Assembly (NCBI GenBank): GCA_016931695.1
Contig: JAFGEI010000159.1
Coordinates: 18,608-82,607 of the forward strand
Reading direction: 5' to 3'
DNA: 64,000 nt
Origin: Anaerolineae bacterium
GTDB taxonomy: Bacteria; Chloroflexota; Anaerolineae; B4-G1; DUEL01
The position numbers were made by a program, and so were the translations under genes. Below, piece by piece: positions 59,001 to 64,000 of this stretch (positions are counted from its first letter, which is position 1; every line of letters starts with the position of its first letter). The notes below the pieces were generated by a model. It saw nothing but the letters and a program-made list of their open reading frames with translations. It did no database searches and was not told the origin of the DNA.

Positions 59001-60512
59001 TGCAGTCCCTTGACCCACGAACCACTTTTCCAGGACGCCATCCGCGAAGCAGGATTGAACCCCAACTTGTTCGAGATGGCCAACATCCGCAATCAATGCT
59101 CCTGGGTCCATCCCGATAACTGGGATGTTGCCACTGAGAAAGCGCAGGACCTGGTGCGCATGGCCGTGGCCAAGGCGGCGCAGCTGGAACCGCTGTACAA
59201 GACGACAGTAAAGGTCGAAAAAGCAGCGCTGATCGTTGGCGGCGGCGCTGCGGGGATGACCGCCGCGCTGACGCTGGCGCAGCAGGGCTTTCCCGTCCAT
59301 CTGGTCGAGCGGGAGAATCGCTTGGGTGGCAACTTGCTGCAGCTGCGCCATTATCTCCAGGAAGCGACGGGCGAGGGAGAGCGAATCTGGCTCGATCCCC
59401 AGGCCTATGCCCAAGAGTTGGTGCGGCAGGTCGAAGCGGAACCGCTGGTTACGGTCCACCTGAATACCCATCTGGTGGATACCGGCGGCTTTTTGGGCCA
59501 CTTTACCTCGCGTCTCCAGGGCCCCGATGGGGAACTGGAAATTTCCCACGGCGCGGCGATCATCGCCACCGGCGGGCAGGAGTATCGCGGCCCCGAGTAT
59601 GGCTATGGCAGCGATTCGCGCATCGTCACCCAACAAGAGTTCGAGCATCTGTTGAGCGCGAGGCAGGACTTGCCCGACTCGGTGGCGATGATCCAGTGTG
59701 TGGGACCGGCGGAAGCGTTTTGTTCCCGCATCTGTTGTACCACGGCGCTCAAAAACGCACTGATGCTCAAGCGGCACAAGCCGGAGGCGCAGGTGGTTGT
59801 CCTCTACCGGGACGTGCGCACCTTTGGTTTCAAGGAGCGGGTCTACCAGGAGGCGCGGCGGGCTGGGGTGTTGTTCGTCCGCTTCGAGTTTGACCGCAAG
59901 CCCGAGGTGCAAATTGGCGACGACGGGCTGCGAGTCGCGGTCTGGGAGCACAGCCTGGGACAAGAAGTCATTCTGCGGCCCGACATGCTCGTCTTGAGCA
60001 TGCCGGTGGTGCCTTCCGAAGGAGCGCAGGAATTGGCAAGCCGGCTCAGGATTCCGGTCGACCTGGACGGCTTTTTCCTCGAGGCCCACGTCAAGCTGCG
60101 ACCGGTCGATTTCTCTTCCGACGGCTTTTTCCTGGCTGGCATGGCTCACTATCCCAAGTTTCTCGACGAAGCGGTAGCCCAGGCCCAGGCGGCTGCGGCC
60201 CGCGCGGCGACGATCTTGAGCCGGGATGAGCTGGAGGTCGGCGGCATTGTCGCCCAGGTCGATGAGGAGAGATGCGTCGGCTGCCTGACCTGTGTGCGTA
60301 TTTGCCCCTACCACGCGCCCCGGGTCCAGGCCGACTTGCCGGGAGTGGGGTCGATTATGGGTGCGGCCTACATCGAGCCGGCCCAGTGTCACGGCTGTGG
60401 CATCTGTGTCGCAGAGTGTCCGGCCAAGGCAATCCAGCTGCTCCATTACCGGAGCGAGCAGATGGAGGCCAAGATCGCCGCGCTGATGCTGCCATCGCCG
60501 ATCTGTAGTTGA
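56007..60512 (+). CDS. giant HdrA-GltD-HdrA fusion flavoprotein (HdrL-type, 1501 aa)
   Basis: HdrA FAD module (AMVVGGGIAGIQASL). Inserted NADPH-dependent glutamate-synthase small-subunit-like unit (CRDACPTGQRVQGYI..EDNPFPGICGRICNHRCEDAC, VAVIGAGPCGLTAA, VAVVGAGDVAMD). AFLQCVGSRD..YCSSVCCMY. Second N-domain RIGVFVCHCGSNIAGALD and second FAD module ALIVGGGAAGMTAAL. C-terminal CVGCLTCVRICPY / CHGCGICVAECPA. Confidence 0.85.
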   Translation: MRDDVTQQEKVVGAAMVVGGGIAGIQASLDLAEAGFKVYLVELQSAIGGHMAQLDKTFPTNDCSMCIISPKLVETGRHRNVELLVDSEVIGVRGEAGNFSVRLRTRPRYIDLDRCTGCGECAEACPVVIPNYFDQGLADQRAVYKLYPQAVPNAYAIEKLGIAPCRDACPTGQRVQGYIALIREGRYHDALRVIKEDNPFPGICGRICNHRCEDACNRRKLDEAINIRALKRFVTDTVYAEPRMPPQPAERKYAERVAVIGAGPCGLTAAQDLCQLGYGVAVFEALPVAGGMLRVGVPEYRLPASIVDREVQDIVDLGVELRLNTFVDNLDDIFDEGFHAVLIAVGAHEGIRPPIPGADLNGVLINTTFLRDVRLGNLPSLGERVAVVGAGDVAMDVARTAVRMGAEVHVYYRRTRGEATAGAEELRHAEEEGVNFHFQTTPIEIVGDEERCVVGMKCVRTEQGLVDETGRSRPVQLPGSEHFVPCDTVIFSIGQRAGLAFIPESAGVGITGQATIAVNPNTLAATRSGVFAAGDATTGTSFVIEAVAAGHRAAESIDRYLQGKEMEPPPKPQLPVVELNRLEIEERVKSGQVCVQPRVPMDELPVDQRSQTFEEVVAGYTHEQAQAEAARCLACGICSECLSCVYACQAEAIDHDMVEQVQDLNVGAILLAPGFAPYDAARSEEYGWGRYANVVTSLQFERLLSASGPTHGHVRRPSDGATPRRIAFLQCVGSRDQEHNYCSSVCCMYATKEAILACEHEPDTRISVFMMDMRSFSKGYEEYYRRARERYGVRYIRSRVSAIVEDPQSRDLRIRYVDEENAAAPIVEETFDMVVLAVGMEIPEAVRDLGRRLGIELDGNGFCRTLPFAPLQTSRPGIYALGPFREPKDIPESVVEASGAAGVAGALLAPARWTLADVPPDIPERDVTGEEPRIGVFVCHCGSNIAGALDVPKVAEYAATLPGVVHAESNLYTCSQDTVAHITEVTREQGLNRVVVASCSPLTHEPLFQDAIREAGLNPNLFEMANIRNQCSWVHPDNWDVATEKAQDLVRMAVAKAAQLEPLYKTTVKVEKAALIVGGGAAGMTAALTLAQQGFPVHLVERENRLGGNLLQLRHYLQEATGEGERIWLDPQAYAQELVRQVEAEPLVTVHLNTHLVDTGGFLGHFTSRLQGPDGELEISHGAAIIATGGQEYRGPEYGYGSDSRIVTQQEFEHLLSARQDLPDSVAMIQCVGPAEAFCSRICCTTALKNALMLKRHKPEAQVVVLYRDVRTFGFKERVYQEARRAGVLFVRFEFDRKPEVQIGDDGLRVAVWEHSLGQEVILRPDMLVLSMPVVPSEGAQELASRLRIPVDLDGFFLEAHVKLRPVDFSSDGFFLAGMAHYPKFLDEAVAQAQAAAARAATILSRDELEVGGIVAQVDEERCVGCLTCVRICPYHAPRVQADLPGVGSIMGAAYIEPAQCHGCGICVAECPAKAIQLLHYRSEQMEAKIAALMLPSPICS

Positions 60513-60533
60513 GCGCTTGCGGGTGAGGTCGAT

Positions 60534-60959
60534 ATGAATGATCTGACGTACGAGCCCAAAATTCTCGCCTTTTGCTGCCGTCACTGCGCCTACGCGGCGG
60601 CCGACCTGGCCGGGGCGATGCGCCTGCGCTACCCGCCCAACGTGCGCGTTGTCGAGGTGCCCTGCACTGGCCGGGTTGACGTGGTCGAGGTGTTGCACGC
60701 TTTTGAGCGGGGCATCGACGGCGTCGTCGTCGCCGGCTGACTGGAGGGCGAGTGTCATTACCTGGAAGGTAATACAAATGCCCGGCGCAGGATCGAGTAT
60801 CTGGCCCACATTCTGGACCAGGTTGGATTGGGCGGCGAGCGAGTGCGGATGGTCAATCTCTCCGCTGCCATGGCGGTCCATTTCGTTGCCATGGTGGAAG
60901 AAATGACCGAGACTTTGTCGAACTTGGGCCCGAACCCCCTTTGTGAAGCGGGGGAGTAA
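60534..60959 (+). CDS. mvhD: MvhD-like protein (copy 3), predicted selenoprotein with UGA-Sec at 60738-60740
   Basis: The 68-aa track ORF stops at TGA exactly where copies 1 and 2 have Cys (DGVLIGGC-HPGDCHY and DGVYIVAC-PIGNCHH versus DGVVVAG[TGA]LEGECHY). The same frame stays open for 72 more codons with an MvhD-like sequence (CHYLEGNTNARRRIEYLAHILDQVGLGGERVRMVNLSA) to TAA 60957-60959. Confidence 0.75.
60753..60776 (+). other. putative bacterial SECIS hairpin
   Basis: Starts 12 nt after the UGA. UGU-(bulged C)-AUUACC / loop UGGAA / GGUAAU-ACA gives a 9-bp stem with a GG-containing apical loop. A possible 3-bp lower stem is GGC(60747-49)/GCC(60780-82). Confidence 0.5.
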
Positions 60960-61042
60960 AGAATTTGGCCGGCCGGGCGGAGGGTCGAATTGGCCGCTAA
61001 AATCGAGTCTGCCCGAGCCCATGAATAAAAACGGAGGTTGCA

Positions 61043-61720
61043 ATGATTGTCGGCGAACAGAAACCGCTGGAAGAGATCGTCGGGTTGTTGGGCGATGCCC
61101 GCAAGGTACTGGTGCTGGGCTGCGGCACGTGTGTGACCGTTTGCTTTGCCGGAGGGGAAAAGGAGGTCGGCATCCTGGCCTCGATGCTGCGAATGAAAAG
61201 CAAGTTGGCCGGCCACCCGATGGAGGTCGACGAGGCGACCGTCCAGCGGCAGTGTGAATGGGAATACATCGACCCGTTGCGGGAGCGGCTGTCCCAGTAC
61301 GACGCCGTGCTCAGCCTGGCTTGTGGCATTGGCGTGCAGGCGATGAACGAGCGCTTCCCCAAGCACTTGACCCTACCGGGAATCAACACCACCTCTCTCA
61401 GCCTGCCGACAGAACAGGGGGTGTGGGAAGAGCGCTGCCAGGCCTGCGGCGATTGCATCCTGGGCATCACGTTTGGCATCTGCCCGATCACCCGCTGTTC
61501 CAAGCAGCTCTTGAACGGGCCCTGCGGCGGGTCTCAGCGCGGGGTCTGCGAGATCAACCCCGATATCCCTTGTGCCTGGCAGCTGATCTGGGAGCGCGCG
61601 GTCGCGCTGGGGCAGGTAGAGCGCTTGCTGGAGATTCAGGCGGCCAAGGATTGGTCGCGTAGCCGAGATGGCGGGCCGCGCAAGATCGTGCGCGAGGACC
61701 TGCAGCTCGAGACAGCTTAG
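61043..61720 (+). CDS. metV: methylene-THF reductase-associated zinc-ribbon/Fe-S subunit MetV (MTHFR C-terminal-domain protein)
   Basis: VLVLGCGTCVTVCFAGG, CQACGDCILG..GICPITRCSKQLLNGPCGG and CAWQLIWERA are typical of MetV as in the Moorella metVF pair. ACGGAGG RBS. Confidence 0.85.
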   Translation: MIVGEQKPLEEIVGLLGDARKVLVLGCGTCVTVCFAGGEKEVGILASMLRMKSKLAGHPMEVDEATVQRQCEWEYIDPLRERLSQYDAVLSLACGIGVQAMNERFPKHLTLPGINTTSLSLPTEQGVWEERCQACGDCILGITFGICPITRCSKQLLNGPCGGSQRGVCEINPDIPCAWQLIWERAVALGQVERLLEIQAAKDWSRSRDGGPRKIVREDLQLETA

Positions 61721-61735
61721 CGAGGTGGGCGAACG

Positions 61736-62719
61736 ATGACAGAGCGAACAAACGGTTATAAATCGGGCAGCAACCTGGAAAAAATTCTGCGCGCCGGGCA
61801 CTTTGCTGTGACCGGGGAGTTGGGGCCGCCGCAGAGCGCTGACGGCGAAGAAATTCGCCACAAGGCCCGGCTGCTCAAGGGCGTGGTCGATGCGGTGAAC
61901 ATTACCGACAACCAGACCGCCATCGTGCGCATGTCCAGTATCGGCTCTGGCGTGCTGGCCATCGACGAGGGGCTGGAGCCAATCGTGCAGATGACCTGCC
62001 GTGATCGCAACCGGCTGGCGATCCAGGCGGACCTGTTGGGAGCCTACGCCCTGGGCATGCGCAACCTGCTTTGCCTGACCGGTGATCACCAGAGTTTTGG
62101 CAATCATCCGACGGCCAAGAACGTCCACGATCTGGACTCGGTGCAGCTGGTGCACATGGTCAAGAACATGCGGGACGAGGCCTGCTTCCAGTGCGGTGAT
62201 GCGATCAAGGGCACGGCGCCGCGCATGCTCATCGGCGCGGCGGTCAACCCCTTTGCCGATCCCTTCGAATTTCGTCCCTATCGGCTGGCAAAAAAGGTCG
62301 CCGCCGGGGCGGATTTTGTCCAGACCCAGCTCATTTACGACATCCCCCGCTTTCGCGAGTATATGGCCAAGGTCGTCGACATGGGTCTGCACGAAAAGGT
62401 CTATATCCTGGCTGGAGTGGGCCCCATCAAATCCTCCGGGGCGGCGCGCTACATGCGCGACAAGGTGCCGGGGATGATCGTCCGTGACGAGTACGTCGAA
62501 CGCATGAACGCAGTGGTCGCCGATATTCCAAAGGAAGAGAAAAAAGCGCGCCGTGATACCTGGGCTCAAGAGGGCATCCAAATCTGTGTCGAGCAGATTC
62601 AAGAAATCCGCGAGATCGAAGGAGTTGCCGGAGTGCACATCATGGCGATTGAGTGGGAGGAGGCGGTGCGGTCGATTGTCGAAGGGACGGGGCTGTTCCC
62701 CCGTCCAGCAGTGGAGTAG
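61736..62719 (+). CDS. metF: methylenetetrahydrofolate reductase
   Basis: FAVTGELGPP, AVNITDNQTAIVRMSS, LLCLTGDH, and FVQTQLIYD. 327 aa, directly after metV. Confidence 0.9.
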   Translation: MTERTNGYKSGSNLEKILRAGHFAVTGELGPPQSADGEEIRHKARLLKGVVDAVNITDNQTAIVRMSSIGSGVLAIDEGLEPIVQMTCRDRNRLAIQADLLGAYALGMRNLLCLTGDHQSFGNHPTAKNVHDLDSVQLVHMVKNMRDEACFQCGDAIKGTAPRMLIGAAVNPFADPFEFRPYRLAKKVAAGADFVQTQLIYDIPRFREYMAKVVDMGLHEKVYILAGVGPIKSSGAARYMRDKVPGMIVRDEYVERMNAVVADIPKEEKKARRDTWAQEGIQICVEQIQEIREIEGVAGVHIMAIEWEEAVRSIVEGTGLFPRPAVE

Positions 62720-62723
62720 GGAT

Positions 62724-63938
62724 ATGGCGATTACGTTGCATACAGACCTGGCCAAGTTTATCCGCGAGGAATGCGGCGAGAACGTCTACCTTTGCTACCA
62801 GTGTGAACGTTGCTCCTCTGGTTGCCCGACCGCGGCGGCGATGCGTTATCGCCCGGCCCAGATGATGCGCCTGGCCCAGTTCGGCCTGACCGACCAGATT
62901 GAGATGGATGCCAGCATCTGGCGCTGCCTTGGCTGCGATACCTGCACCGCTCACTGCCCACATAACCTGAGCGTCCGCCGCCTGGTGGAGGTCATGCGGC
63001 AGAAGGTGATGCAGGAGCGATACCTGGCCGGCGGCAATGGCATGTTGGGCGATGACGAGGCGCTGCAAAAGGGCATGCGGGCTCTCGGCATGCTGGGTTC
63101 TCGCATCGACGCGTACCACAACGTCTCGGGTGAGGATAACGCGTCGCGCCTGTCGTGGACAGAGAACCTGGCGGAAAAGCCGGAGGGATTGGTCGGCGAT
63201 ACGGGGGCAGAGATGGCCTACTTTGTCGGCTGCGTCTCGGCCATGTTCCCCATGAGCTATGGGATTCCCCAGGGCTTTGCAGCAGTGCTGGGAAAAGCCC
63301 AGGTCCGCTTCACAACCCTCGGCGGCGACGAATGGTGCTGCGGTTTCCCGCAGATGATGGCGGGACAGCTCGAGCAGGCAAAGGAGTCGATCTATCACAA
63401 CGTCGAGCGGATGGAGGCGCTGGGGGTGCCGCGCCTGGTGACGACTTGCCCGTCTTGTTATCACATGTGGCACCACGTCTATCCCGAGATTATGGGCCGT
63501 GACCTTGCCTTTGAGGTGGTCCACGCCGTACAAGTGCTGCGCGACCTGGCGGTGGAAGAGCGCCTCTCCTTTGGAGAGGCCAAGCGCCCGGAGATTGTCA
63601 CCTATCACGACCCTTGCGACCTGGGCCGCAAGGCGGGGATCTATGACGAGCCGCGCGAGGTGCTGCAGCGCATCCCGGGCTATACGTTCGTCGAGATGCA
63701 GCAGTCGAGGGAGCATGCCCTCTGCTGCGGCGGCGGCGGCGATCTGGAGACCTTTGACCCCGACCTGGTGCAGGATGTAGCAGCGCGGCGTATCGCCCAG
63801 GCGGTAGAGATTGGCGCGTCGGTGCTGGTGTCGGCCTGTCCCCAGTGTGTCAGGACCCTGTCCAAAGCAGCGCGGGCTGAACGGGTGCGCGTGCGGGTGA
63901 TGGACCTGACCCAATTCGTTGAAATGGCGCTGGTGTGA
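62724..63938 (+). CDS. HdrD-like Fe-S protein (ferredoxin + two CCG domains)
   Basis: CYQCERCSSGCPT and CLGCDTCTAHCPH, then YFVGCVSAMF, EWCCGFP, YHDPCDLGRKAG and ALCCGGGGD. The start is ATG 62724, not the track start 62553. Confidence 0.8.
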   Translation: MAITLHTDLAKFIREECGENVYLCYQCERCSSGCPTAAAMRYRPAQMMRLAQFGLTDQIEMDASIWRCLGCDTCTAHCPHNLSVRRLVEVMRQKVMQERYLAGGNGMLGDDEALQKGMRALGMLGSRIDAYHNVSGEDNASRLSWTENLAEKPEGLVGDTGAEMAYFVGCVSAMFPMSYGIPQGFAAVLGKAQVRFTTLGGDEWCCGFPQMMAGQLEQAKESIYHNVERMEALGVPRLVTTCPSCYHMWHHVYPEIMGRDLAFEVVHAVQVLRDLAVEERLSFGEAKRPEIVTYHDPCDLGRKAGIYDEPREVLQRIPGYTFVEMQQSREHALCCGGGGDLETFDPDLVQDVAARRIAQAVEIGASVLVSACPQCVRTLSKAARAERVRVRVMDLTQFVEMALV

Positions 63939-63946
63939 GGTAAAAG

Positions 63947-64000
63947 ATGAGTGGCTTGCAAAAGATTGCAGTTACCGGAAAGGGTGGGGTGGGCAAGACG
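63947..64000 (+). CDS. CooC/MinD-type P-loop ATPase, 3'-truncated at window edge
   Basis: MSGLQKIAVTGKGGVGKT carries a deviant Walker A like cooC at 32084. Only 18 codons are visible. Confidence 0.5.
   Translation, partial: MSGLQKIAVTGKGGVGKT

Noticed and set aside
60738-60740. TGA in mvhD copy 3 read as a nonsense mutation, pseudogene or sequencing error.
   Set aside because: The codon replaces a conserved Cys, the downstream frame stays open and homologous for 72 codons, and a SECIS-like hairpin follows at the right distance. Selenocysteine is the better explanation, though this is unverified without the rest of the genome.
57084-61043. Very long antisense or alternate-frame ORFs throughout the window. 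Examples: 1319 aa at 57084..61043(-), 847 aa at 46650..49193(-), 744 aa at 24519..26753(-), 662 aa at 32854..34842(-), 623 aa at 29248..31119(-), 612 aa at 43632..45470(-), 572 aa at 1529..3247(-), 546 aa at 22851..24491(-).
   Set aside because: They are Arg/Gly/Pro/His/Asp-rich with no motifs. Each lies exactly opposite a gene with strong family signatures. This is typical stop-codon depletion in the shadow frames of high-GC coding DNA.

Overview
GC-rich (~60-65%) bacterial chromosome segment, probably from an anaerobic acetogen-type lineage; I cannot assign a lineage from sequence alone. I saw no rRNA, tRNA, CRISPR array, transposase or integrase. Layout: (1) 1-11.3 kb holds housekeeping and surface genes: a beta-helix surface protein, a HAD hydrolase, an rpmJ / S1-domain / bS22-like / cold-shock cluster, a pentapeptide protein and a secreted multidomain protein. 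(2) 11.4-18.5 kb, minus strand, is a complete N-type ATPase operon in the order atpD-C-Q-R-B-E-F-A-G. It carries two insertions: a DarA/PstA-like PII (c-di-AMP receptor family) gene translationally coupled between atpA and atpG, and a 153-bp palindromic MITE-like element with 8-bp direct repeats between atpB and atpE. (3) 19-35 kb, plus strand, is a Wood-Ljungdahl carbonyl/methyl-branch cluster: fhs, cooS, acsB, acsD, acsC, RACo/acsV, an embedded radical-SAM gene, cooC, acsE and folD. (4) 35-64 kb is an unusually dense heterodisulfide-reductase-like electron-transfer island. It has six HdrA-type genes (three are double-length or fused, including a 1501-aa HdrA-GltD 'HdrL'-type protein), two HdrCB pairs, two HdrD-like proteins, three MvhD genes, an FrhB-like/SdhB-like/SdhA-like module and metV-metF. 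The third mvhD has an in-frame TGA at a conserved Cys, followed by a SECIS-like hairpin, so I predict a selenoprotein. All family calls rest on motifs read by eye; no database search was possible, and start codons are best estimates.
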